From Candidatus Nanoarchaeia archaeon (GTDB taxonomy: Archaea; Nanobdellota; Nanobdellia; Woesearchaeales; DATDXC01), in assembly GCA_035289425.1 (NCBI GenBank), contig DATDXC010000038.1:732-64731 (forward strand): a stretch of DNA of 64,000 nt. The letters are read 5' to 3'. The position numbers and the translations under genes were made by a program. Numbering within the stretch: position 1 is the first letter of the stretch; each line of letters opens with the position of its first letter. The notes beneath the pieces were generated by a model, which worked only from the letters and a program-made list of their open reading frames with translations, did no database searches and was not told where the DNA came from. Positions 9,801 to 17,468 of this stretch are shown here, one piece after another.

Positions 9801-11722
9801 AAAGTTATGTCCCTACTGGTTTACTATTGTCTCCGGTGTTTGATTCAGGAGGATCAGCCACATGGGGCACTATTACCTGGACTGAAAGTGTGCCTCCTGG
9901 AACAGACATAGTCATAGAGATTAGGACAGGCAATAGTGCATCGCCTGATGCAACCTGGGATAATTATGGCTGGGGTGACTCAGTTTATACCTCTTCTGGC
10001 ATTGTAGCCCAAGCACCAGGCAGGTATATCCAATGGAGGGCAAATATGAGCACTACTGACGGTAATGTAACTCCTCTATTGCAGGATGTGAGCATAAGCT
10101 ATTCTGTCGAGCAGACTGGTACCAACAATATAACCTTAACAGGCGCAAACATCTACGATTGCTTCGGAACCTCAGGAGAGCAGGATGATTGGGATTTCAA
10201 GAATGTGCAGCTCGTTGCATGGGAGTGGCCTGTTGACATACAGAAATCCAATCACTTTTTAGCTGGACCAGTGACCTTGGGAGAGAGTTCTCTATCATAT
10301 ACTACTTCATTCAATCCGGGTGTTATGCCTGAATTTATGAAATCTGGTGTGCTTACCTTTGATGCATTGGGTTCTGCTCCAAATTATTATGACTGTGTAT
10401 TCGTCAACAATAATTATATCGGCCGGATGGACGAGCAGAGATACTATGAAGGAAATCTGTGGAATAATGTCAGTTTTGATGTCCCCTTATACGCATTGAA
10501 TGATTCTACTGTCGATATTCGCATCACTTCAGGAACAGTTGATGGATGCCAGCTTACTTCAGGCACTAATGATGGCTGGCAGTTCCAGAATCTGAATTTT
10601 ACACTGCGATGGAGCAATACTACCTATACTTATGACCGGTATATGTCAATGTTGGTTATGAGTGATGGACAGGCAAACACTAAGATAGGCCATCGGAGCA
10701 GCTATGACTCTGCTAATGCCGATAATGAGGCAGTACAAAAAGCCTGCCGGGCCTTTGAGGATTATGGTATCAGGATTTATTCAGTGGCATTTGGCAGCGG
10801 GGCTGAAACTGGAACCATGCAGAGCATTGCATGCTGTGATGACTGCAGCCATGCCTACAACGCAAACAATGCAGAGGAGCTCACCTCGATTTATAGTACG
10901 ATAGCTAATAACATCATTGAGCTCCAGTTTGAGGAACAGGCTGCAAATATAACCGGTAATATAAGTACCATTCTTTATACCGATTCCTATATCTCCTTGG
11001 ACTACACTCCAGAAGGGGTGTCCTCTCAGTATGGGAGGCTGCCTGTCACCTTGGAAAGCGATCCATTTGGAAACAGTATAAGCGCGGCTGATTTTGAGGT
11101 GCCCCCCGGCACTGTAGTGTATGACGCCAAGTTAACTTCCTACTCTGGCCAGCGATGGACTGACCGAGCTGCCATCAAGAATGAAACCACACCTTGGAAT
11201 TATTTCTACAATCTTTCACATTATGGACTCCAATATTCTTTATTAGGAGATCCGTACACACTCAATGTGCCCATTAGTTATGTCAGCTCAGGGAATAACA
11301 GCGTTTATGTTTCTACCGCGCAAGGGCCTGGCAACATTTCAATTGGTTCTCCAGACAATAGAGTGATATATACATTAGGTATCGATCTGCAGATCAATTA
11401 TACGGGCGTGTTCGGCAGCGCTGATGGGTGCTCATGGACAGTAACTTTTGATGATGGGAGCCAAACAACGGTACCTATACCCGAGACCTATACCGGTTCC
11501 AAGACCTGTATCTTCACCAATACATCCAATTGCAATATTGATCATAACACCGATGCGATTGACAATGCTGTCTGTCATCTCTTCTCCCAGCTTGACTTTG
11601 ATGATGATGGCATGCTCTTCGTCAAATTCGGATCTGGAGATATAGGGGTAGAATCGTTCTCCATCGGGAAGATACCGTTCATGTGGGGACCAACTATCTT
11701 TGAGGTGAGGGTGTGGAAATGA
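6863..11722 (+). CDS. giant pilin-anchored adhesin: TadG/PilY1-like protein with split vWA domain, DUF2341-like and LamG/ConA-like domains
   Basis: 1619 aa. N-terminus MVRKG|FFYSLDALIAVMLILAVLVLIPV is prepilin-like (F+1, D+6). The N-terminal half of a vWA domain sits near aa 385-510 (DAVLTTDRTGSM MIDAS motif ... GYTCISCG). A DUF2341-like segment sits near aa 640-740 (KLTFDN...GFPV...DLRF...LPYEIEKW...VWVKVP...YVWMYYGN). A LamG/concanavalin-like jellyroll sits near aa 760-970. The C-terminal half of the vWA domain sits near aa 1265-1360 (SMLVMSDGQAN...GIRIYSVAFGSG...). At least ~35 N-x-S/T sequons and many Cys. Confidence 0.85.
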   Translation: MVRKGFFYSLDALIAVMLILAVLVLIPVFYINKEEATNPVYYSSDIIQLLSTLTLVEINNSDVQTLLNTSNITNYNRSIIEQVLRFQVAGDEYRAQKLLNLTIEGLTPRQFTIGVYIEGYSDPLFVSSNNSVHQLISSKQMISGIEKDRAVEGLTSRVFLSGINEMTSSVYIYFGGYIGEGNITRILQLPSGINDVTSGYLELDASANFTLFLNGEYAGYFGVSATNASNLSADHWDMEASYLLNLHSGANTVELFFNDTSHGYIGGGYIRFTYASTELDLYNDAGESTYWFPGIEGIINVYDSFYVPGTLHGAEIFLHLLSNAPVFLSVGNSTIVEINASASSQQILLNSTYISSLLDFTSLGMRTVPLRLGIRNVSFTLGGKSDAVLTTDRTGSMNACDVEISCSTPGICDSTATCHERRDKVAQSSDRTFINEMLSVEGNTVGLIGYGMRSNPVCSFTYLTDENNTLQQHIDDYYGEWCGYTCISCGIVSAAELLVENKMLHGSNQKTAEDQTEYHVGDSGPVSVTENLDLTVNHSAFVKAQLNVFARSIDTENNYKDCVFFNDHYLGRLCESNDDGSTGWHTCSYPILEEWLPSSGAVSGLWSISSQAEFQQCSLSDIDVNSVPGSAQLNLEGAWMDSDYTKRRKLTFDNSAQSEILEGFPVIISLDNSRVDYSQTQNQGQDLRFTNSAGMLLPYEIEKWNESGISSVWVKVPSIAGSSNADYVWMYYGNPAAADNQSSSVWGDYAAVWHMASNQDSSPNNNDLSCTNCPAATGSSYWYDGSNDRHLVANSNLINTGGPWDNKTIEILFKADTIGSGASKDILYEQGSSTKGLNLYVTGTSLYVGGWNRDSSQSNWDGTWLSAGINTGTWYYAVLGLQDGDNSACADCLKGFLNGQEFSSGDGRRLYSNTGNIQIGFGDTRMHSGTSGEDDYDGFIDELRLTNKALSADWIKAQYLSLTDSFISYGDEEVEAGISQSYVPTGLLLSPVFDSGGSATWGTITWTESVPPGTDIVIEIRTGNSASPDATWDNYGWGDSVYTSSGIVAQAPGRYIQWRANMSTTDGNVTPLLQDVSISYSVEQTGTNNITLTGANIYDCFGTSGEQDDWDFKNVQLVAWEWPVDIQKSNHFLAGPVTLGESSLSYTTSFNPGVMPEFMKSGVLTFDALGSAPNYYDCVFVNNNYIGRMDEQRYYEGNLWNNVSFDVPLYALNDSTVDIRITSGTVDGCQLTSGTNDGWQFQNLNFTLRWSNTTYTYDRYMSMLVMSDGQANTKIGHRSSYDSANADNEAVQKACRAFEDYGIRIYSVAFGSGAETGTMQSIACCDDCSHAYNANNAEELTSIYSTIANNIIELQFEEQAANITGNISTILYTDSYISLDYTPEGVSSQYGRLPVTLESDPFGNSISAADFEVPPGTVVYDAKLTSYSGQRWTDRAAIKNETTPWNYFYNLSHYGLQYSLLGDPYTLNVPISYVSSGNNSVYVSTAQGPGNISIGSPDNRVIYTLGIDLQINYTGVFGSADGCSWTVTFDDGSQTTVPIPETYTGSKTCIFTNTSNCNIDHNTDAIDNAVCHLFSQLDFDDDGMLFVKFGSGDIGVESFSIGKIPFMWGPTIFEVRVWK

Positions 11723-12681
11723 ACAAGAAGGGCATGTACTTCACTATATTGACCATTGGATTCCTGCTTATATTTATCTTTGTTTTCGTCATTCCCGGCT
11801 ACAGCAGGCTTGGTGAGAAGATGGCAGTGACTGAAATGCGAGTTGATTCCATGAATGATTTTATTAAGGATCTGCAGCGCGATCTTGAGCGAGGCTTGTA
11901 CATCTCTTCTTTTCGTTCCATAATGGCCATGGAGCAAAGGGTCATTAACACTGGTACTTTCTTGAATGACAGCGAGCACAGCTTTAAGGAAGCCTTGCTC
12001 AATGGAACAGTTGAAGGCATAAATTCAAGCCTTATGGTCGCATCCAAGTTCACAAGCTGGATTGAGAATGTGCAGTCTGAAGCTTCCAAGCTCAATATTG
12101 AAGCTGGTGTGGAGCTGCATGAGGTAAGGGCGTATCAAATAGAGCCATGGAAAGTTTCGGTATGGGTAAATCTTAGCATCAATGTTTCTGATTCAACCGG
12201 CATTGCCTCATGGGAGAGGGAAGAGATTATTGAAACTCAGGTAAAGATAGCAGAATTTGAAGATCCATTGTATGTGGTGTACAGCTTAGGCCGAATCACT
12301 AATATAATAAATATCACACCCTATGGAGACAATTACACCTACAAACAGGGGGACACCTGGTATGTGGATAACTTCATGGACCATATCAATGATTCCTACT
12401 ACACATTTAACCCGGATGCTCCCAGTTTTCTTATGAGATTTGAAAGCAATCTTTCAGGGTCTTCATGCTGCGGCATTGAAAGTCTGGTTAACCTAAAGGA
12501 GCTGGAAAGCGTTGGCTTTTCAGGTTCAGAAATACATACCCAGAGCAGTCTGGTTGACCATTATTATTGGGTAGGTATGACTAATGGCGAATACCGCATT
12601 AATCTCACCCCCTCCTGGGTTAAGCTTGATGGGGATCATCTAAGCACTTATGATGTTGTCGGACTGTCATATCCTGAGTAG
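11713..12681 (+). CDS. minor pilin-like protein (prepilin-like N-terminus), 322 aa
   Basis: N-terminus ...NKKG|MYFTILTIGFLLIFIFVFV. Overlaps the giant gene by 10 nt. Last gene of the minor-pilin operon. Confidence 0.6.
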   Translation: MEMNKKGMYFTILTIGFLLIFIFVFVIPGYSRLGEKMAVTEMRVDSMNDFIKDLQRDLERGLYISSFRSIMAMEQRVINTGTFLNDSEHSFKEALLNGTVEGINSSLMVASKFTSWIENVQSEASKLNIEAGVELHEVRAYQIEPWKVSVWVNLSINVSDSTGIASWEREEIIETQVKIAEFEDPLYVVYSLGRITNIINITPYGDNYTYKQGDTWYVDNFMDHINDSYYTFNPDAPSFLMRFESNLSGSSCCGIESLVNLKELESVGFSGSEIHTQSSLVDHYYWVGMTNGEYRINLTPSWVKLDGDHLSTYDVVGLSYPE

Positions 12682-12846
12682 GGCTCTGTAGAAAATCTAG
12701 CTATAGCTCGAGTTAGCAGCTTCAAACCTTGGAAGACATAATCGGGAAACTGACATATCCCCGACCGGGACTACTCCCTTGTCAGTTCGTTATTTGATTA
12801 AATTAGGTTTGACCCAAGGCTGCTAACCTACATTTTCTACAGAGCC
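12682..12846. mobile_element. MITE-like element (165 bp) with 15-bp terminal inverted repeats and 9-bp target-site duplication
   Basis: TIRs are GGCTCTGTAGAAAAT (12682-12696) and ATTTTCTACAGAGCC (12832-12846). Extended imperfect arms of 39 and 28 nt share GTTAGCAGC. Flanking direct repeats CCTGAGTAG lie at 12673-12681 and 12847-12855; the left copy contains the TAG stop of the upstream gene. No ORF inside. Confidence 0.55.
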
Positions 12847-12855
12847 CCTGAGTAG

Positions 12856-12953
12856 ACAAAATAGTATACTAGTATATAAAACCAAAAGATTTAAATAGGT
12901 GCTCTGCCAGTGACCATTTACATATAATTCAGTCCATTAAACGAGGTGAAAAA
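12856..12953 (+). promoter_or_regulatory. major pilin promoter/leader region
   Basis: AT-rich with a TATACTAGTATA perfect palindrome (12865-12876) and several TATA-like boxes (TATATAAAA, TTTAAATA, TACATATAAT). GAGGTGA ribosome-binding site 6 nt upstream of the ATG. Confidence 0.4.
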
Positions 12954-13421
12954 ATGGCAAGGAAAGGACAAGCAGCCATGGAATTTTTGATGACCTATGG
13001 TTGGGCTATCTTGGTTGTCTTGGTAGCTATTGGTGCACTGGCATATTTCGGAGTATTGAATCCGGATACATTCTTGCCTGAGAAGTGCGTCATTAGTTCA
13101 GGAAGCGGTCTGTTCTGCGATAAGTTCAGCGTGTCTTCTGGTACCAGTATACAGCTGAAGGTATCCAACTCACTCGCTGAGGCAGTTACGCTAGAAGCAA
13201 GCGGTTCATCAATCTCACAGGGAGCAAATAGTTGCACCTTAGCTGCAGATACTGCAGTTACCGCAGACAACTCTTCAACGCTCACATTCAGCGGTGGAGG
13301 AACCTGTGCAACATTGACTGCAAGTGGCGCTAAAATCAAGGGAGACATCACCCTGGTCTTTACTGATTCAGATGGATTCTCCAAGACCACAACCGGAAGC
13401 TTGGTTGCGAAAGCACCATAA
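12954..13421 (+). CDS. major type IV pilin, class III signal peptide (EppA-type)
   Basis: MARKG|QAAMEFLMTYGWAILVVLVAIGALAYFGV is a textbook archaeal class III signal peptide (KG|Q, E+5, F+6). 155 aa. Ser/Thr/Gly-rich C-terminal domain with N-x-S/T sequons. Own promoter and strong ribosome-binding site; oligo-T tract after the stop. Confidence 0.8.
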   Translation: MARKGQAAMEFLMTYGWAILVVLVAIGALAYFGVLNPDTFLPEKCVISSGSGLFCDKFSVSSGTSIQLKVSNSLAEAVTLEASGSSISQGANSCTLAADTAVTADNSSTLTFSGGGTCATLTASGAKIKGDITLVFTDSDGFSKTTTGSLVAKAP

Positions 13422-13446
13422 ATTTATTTTTTTTACTTTTTTTAAA
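13422..13446 (+). terminator. oligo-T tract (archaeal-type terminator) after major pilin gene
   Basis: ATTTATTTTTTTTACTTTTTTTAAA immediately 3' of the pilin stop codon. Confidence 0.4.
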
Positions 13447-13653
13447 ATGAAACTGAGAAGACGGACGATCGGCGACTTATACCTTGCTGCTTCTATATTA
13501 TTCATTTTCTTGTCTTTTGTGTATTCGGGGGCTTTTGAAAGATATGACTTTGCTTTTGCTTTCTTAGTCATCGGACTATTGGTGGCTTTGTTTGGAGCAA
13601 TTACTAAGAGAAAACTTATTCAGCAGGAACATTCCAGGAAACGAAAGAAATAG
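13447..13653 (+). CDS. small two-TM membrane protein, hypothetical
   Basis: 68 aa (MKLRRRTIGDLYLAASILFIFLSFVYSGAFERYDFAFAFLVIGLLVALFGAITKRK...). Two hydrophobic helices and a basic C-terminus. The ORF-track version (13324) overlaps the pilin gene; the internal ATG is used here. Confidence 0.3.
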   Translation: MKLRRRTIGDLYLAASILFIFLSFVYSGAFERYDFAFAFLVIGLLVALFGAITKRKLIQQEHSRKRKK

Positions 13654-14736
13654 CTATTTGATATATCCTTTCTTATAGAGCAGTTCAGCATTCAATATGC
13701 CGCCACCTGCTGCACCCCTCACTGTGTTGTGGGATAATCCGACGAACCTTATGTCAAAGATGTTGCAGGGCCTTAGCCTGCCGACTGTGACAGCCATTGC
13801 CTTATCGTTGTTCCTGTCCAGTTTGGTCTGAGGCCGGTTGTCCTCTTCCTCATAGATTATAGGCTGCTGAGGGGAAAAGGGGAGGTCTAACTCCTGCGGC
13901 ACTGATTTAAATTCTTTCCAAATTCTTTTTATTTCATCTACTGTTGGAATGTTGCCCTTGAAGTTGACGCTTACGCATGCCATGTGACCATCGGTAACTG
14001 GAACCCTATTGCAATGGGCAGAAATTGTTATTGTATCATTGTTCTTGATCCTGCCCTTCTCTATTCTGCCCAATATCTTTAGGGGCTCTTTCTCTGATTT
14101 TTCTTCCTCGCCGCCTATATAAGGAATCACATTATCTATTATTTCAGGCATGGTGTCAAAAGTTTTTCCTGCTCCTGAGATGGCCTGCATGGTGGTTATG
14201 ATCATCTTGTCTATTGCGTATCCTGCTTTGAGCAGGGCGTAGATTGGCGTTAGGTAACTTTGCACCGAACAATTTGGCTTAACTGCAACAAATCCTTTCT
14301 CCCACCCATGTGCTTTCTGCTGCTCAGGGATTATATTGATATGTTCATGGTTTATTTCAGGAATCAACATAGGGACATTATCGGTCCACCTATGGGCAGA
14401 ATTGTTCGAAACAACCGGAATGCCTGCTGCGGCATATTGGTTTTCGATATCTCTAATCTCATCTTTTTCCATCTCAACTGCCGAGAATACAAAGCTTACC
14501 TCATTTGCTTCTTCAACTTTAGATACATCGTGGACTATTAAGTTCTCTATACTTCTTGGAATCGGTGTTTGCATTGCCCATCTTCCTGCCAGTGCTTCCT
14601 TATAGGATTTACCAGCTGATTTGGGAGACGCAGCTACATAAGAAACTTCAAACCAAGGATGGTTTTCCAATAGCCTGATGTAATTCTGGCCAACCATGCC
14701 GGTTGCTCCTAGTACGCCTACTTTTAGCTTTGACAT
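13654..14736 (-). CDS. asd: aspartate-semialdehyde dehydrogenase
   Basis: N-terminus MSKLKVGVLGATGMVGQ (NAD-binding). Length and conservation match the Asd family. Start placed at the internal ATG; the longer ORF to 14802 adds an atypical 22-aa extension. Confidence 0.85.
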   Translation of the reverse strand: MSKLKVGVLGATGMVGQNYIRLLENHPWFEVSYVAASPKSAGKSYKEALAGRWAMQTPIPRSIENLIVHDVSKVEEANEVSFVFSAVEMEKDEIRDIENQYAAAGIPVVSNNSAHRWTDNVPMLIPEINHEHINIIPEQQKAHGWEKGFVAVKPNCSVQSYLTPIYALLKAGYAIDKMIITTMQAISGAGKTFDTMPEIIDNVIPYIGGEEEKSEKEPLKILGRIEKGRIKNNDTITISAHCNRVPVTDGHMACVSVNFKGNIPTVDEIKRIWKEFKSVPQELDLPFSPQQPIIYEEEDNRPQTKLDRNNDKAMAVTVGRLRPCNIFDIRFVGLSHNTVRGAAGGGILNAELLYKKGYIK

Positions 14737-14964
14737 TTTGACATCCAAATATTTGTGTTTATTTTCCGGAATCAATAGTTTACGCTTTTTGCCTCCCAGC
14801 AAAATGCTGGGTTTGCGCTGTAAATCGCAAAGACCAAAAAATTCTCTGAGAGAATTTTTTGATTATATTGGTTTGGCGTAACAATCTATTTTAATTACAC
14901 CTCACATTTAAGTTAAGAACAAAATGTTTGTTTATAAAGATATTGTTAAGATGGTAACAACACC

Positions 14965-16170
14965 CTAGAAAAAGCGGGGTATACCATTTTTTAGAATATC
15001 ATCTAAGTTTGCTTGGGTAAGAGGTTTTCCCTGGACTGCTAGGGCACCACCTGCATTAATTGCAATCAAAAGTTCTTTAGGTGTGGAAACTCTTCTTGTG
15101 ATTAATCGGACAATTCCGGTTGCTAATGATTTGTCTCCAGTTCCGACACTTGCTCCGCCCTCTTCCACATCAAACGAGGGTACGATGGAAGTTGTATATG
15201 TCCAATCATGATTACTGCCCCCACTTACTTGGCTAAGGTCAGACAAATTATTATTATCCCACGTAAATGCAGTGCTCCCGGCAGGCCCATTCTTAAAAAT
15301 TACTATGCCTGGTCCACTTTCAGCATAGCCCAATTGCACAGCCATCCGTTCAAAGGGCATTCTTCCTGTTAAATGATATGCTTCTTTTGCGCTTGGTGCA
15401 AATATATCGATAGATCTTCCAAGGTAAGGCCCCCAATAGCCATCAAGTCCTATGTTCCTCATCCTTTTTAGGTCTCCTCCTGTATCAAGAACTGTTAAGG
15501 TTTTACGTCTCTTAAACTCTTCAAACAGAACCCGTATACCTGTGCCTGATCTCAAGCACATCGAACGTGCAATGTTCAGATAGTAAAATGTTGCTGCCTG
15601 AATCTGGCAGGGATCTGCGGCTCCCATATAATCAGGTGCATATGCATTGTTAGCAACACCAGGCGAGTGAATAAAACTTCTCTCCAAATCACCTGATTCT
15701 GTCTTTCTCACAACCGCAACAGTTCTTGCTGTTCCTCCCTTTAATGGGAAGCATCCTGACATGTCTATGCCTGCTGCTTCGCCGCTTTCTATCAGATACT
15801 TTGCAGAAGTATCATATTCTCCACCATCGGTTCCCAGCGCAAAGAAACCGCCTGTGCTCGGCAGCCCTAACTGGCGCGCATAGCCAGCAACGAACAGCAA
15901 AGCATTCAACCCGCCACCTGGATTTCTCTCAACATACATCCCTTTGATGCCATTGGGATCTTCTCTAAACAAACCAGATCCGGCCATCTGGTTTGTGGAC
16001 CTTTCAAAGATCTCTGCATCATCAGTTTCATTTAAGCCCCCCTCATCTACCGGAAAGCCAGGCACTTTTTCCCTAATTTGAGCATAGGCAACTCCTGGTT
16101 TTGCGTGATAGACCTGGTCATCAACCGCTAAGCCGACCGCTGCCAGCGATATTGGTTTCTTTGTTGACAT
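14965..16170 (-). CDS. PfkB/ribokinase-family carbohydrate kinase (diverged, N-terminal extension)
   Basis: GG-motif region NPGGGLNALLFVAGYARQLG...ALGTDGGE. C-terminal anion-hole-like VGTGDKSLATG. 401 aa. Confidence 0.55.
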   Translation of the reverse strand: MSTKKPISLAAVGLAVDDQVYHAKPGVAYAQIREKVPGFPVDEGGLNETDDAEIFERSTNQMAGSGLFREDPNGIKGMYVERNPGGGLNALLFVAGYARQLGLPSTGGFFALGTDGGEYDTSAKYLIESGEAAGIDMSGCFPLKGGTARTVAVVRKTESGDLERSFIHSPGVANNAYAPDYMGAADPCQIQAATFYYLNIARSMCLRSGTGIRVLFEEFKRRKTLTVLDTGGDLKRMRNIGLDGYWGPYLGRSIDIFAPSAKEAYHLTGRMPFERMAVQLGYAESGPGIVIFKNGPAGSTAFTWDNNNLSDLSQVSGGSNHDWTYTTSIVPSFDVEEGGASVGTGDKSLATGIVRLITRRVSTPKELLIAINAGGALAVQGKPLTQANLDDILKNGIPRFF

Positions 16171-16172
16171 TT

Positions 16173-17468
16173 TTATCTCCCCATGTTTGCCCTTGCGGCT
16201 TTCAATGCTTGCGTTGTCAAGTGATATTTTGTCAGGAGCCTGCTGTATTCCACCTCTCTTGGGAATGGTTCTGTTCCGGCCACATACCGGAATGCTTGCT
16301 CTGCGACTTCAGTAAAGTGCGCGAAGTGATTGGTGAAGTGTAGCTCTGGAATAATGACTTCATAGCCGTTTCTATTTGTAACATACGCTCCAATACTTGC
16401 ACCTGTAATACCCCTCCTTGTCAATGTTCCCACCTGTGTGGAAAGTGCTTTCATAAAATCAGTACTACTTTCACCATTGGTGGGTTTTACATATATCCTT
16501 TGATGCTTATCCTGTGGTCCTTTTTCAACAATAATGGTTGCTTTGGATTCTAGGGTAGTTGAGTAGTGTTCGTCATCCTCGCCTTGCAGATTCCAGACGA
16601 CTTCGATACCGACCCAGTGTCCATCAAGCTTATAGACAAATGACCCATTGGTCATGACCGGTAATGATCCCCTCAAACCATATGACCTCCCTTTTGTCAT
16701 AGCCATCAGGTTTGAAGCAGGAACTTCTGTGGCCCATCTTCTGGCATATTGTTCCACAAGAGCAATATCTTCTGGAGCGATTGCTGAATTGGGTCTGACC
16801 ATCATGTTGGCCATGTCAACCAAATGGGCAGTTACATCTACGATACCTTCGCCTTGCCATCCTACATCAAAATATTCCAATGGCCTCACAATGCCTTGGT
16901 GGGATTTATCAAGAATATGAATGCTTTTTTTCGTCAGGGCAGGGTGTTCTGGATTTCCAGTTGTTAACTCTCCGAACAATTCAGCATTCTGCATCAGGCA
17001 CATCTGAACAATGGTACCTAACTCATGCCGTTCTGTCATGATGTCCTGAAGGATAGTGCCTCTGTGGGTGGCTCTGTCCAGTAGTTCTTGTACTTCGTCT
17101 GTTCTTTCTGGTTCGATGACCCACGGTTTATCTGCTAGGATCAGGCGATATCCGGTTCCTGCAGTGTGCGCGAGCACGTCAAGCTTACTATGATTCGGAG
17201 ATGCTAGTACCAGAATATCTCCCCTTGACTTTAACATATCTTCGAGCGGAAAACTTGATGGGTGTCTTTGGAATTTGTACCCTAATGCTTCTGCGCCGCT
17301 GTTAGCTACTTTTGTATCGAAGGCCGTGAGCGGATTACTTTCGCTATGGTACACATGAACAGTTGGATCAATCGTCAATCCAGGAATATCATCGAATCTC
17401 TTCCCGAAGAGAAAGGCAGCATGCTGGTGCACTGGATCAAATACGTCAATCTTTAGGTTTGTTGGCAT
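16173..17468 (-). CDS. Gfo/Idh/MocA-related protein (C-terminal alpha/beta domain-like; N-terminal Rossmann degenerate)
   Basis: ILADKPWVIEPER resembles the EKP motif region. Translationally coupled to the downstream bona fide Gfo/Idh/MocA gene (16-nt overlap). Confidence 0.4.
   Translation of the reverse strand: MPTNLKIDVFDPVHQHAAFLFGKRFDDIPGLTIDPTVHVYHSESNPLTAFDTKVANSGAEALGYKFQRHPSSFPLEDMLKSRGDILVLASPNHSKLDVLAHTAGTGYRLILADKPWVIEPERTDEVQELLDRATHRGTILQDIMTERHELGTIVQMCLMQNAELFGELTTGNPEHPALTKKSIHILDKSHQGIVRPLEYFDVGWQGEGIVDVTAHLVDMANMMVRPNSAIAPEDIALVEQYARRWATEVPASNLMAMTKGRSYGLRGSLPVMTNGSFVYKLDGHWVGIEVVWNLQGEDDEHYSTTLESKATIIVEKGPQDKHQRIYVKPTNGESSTDFMKALSTQVGTLTRRGITGASIGAYVTNRNGYEVIIPELHFTNHFAHFTEVAEQAFRYVAGTEPFPREVEYSRLLTKYHLTTQALKAARANMGR

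Noticed and set aside
12995-13390. 131-aa minus-strand ORF overlapping the major pilin gene
   Set aside because: Antisense to a gene with a textbook class-III signal peptide and its own promoter and ribosome-binding site. Shadow ORF.
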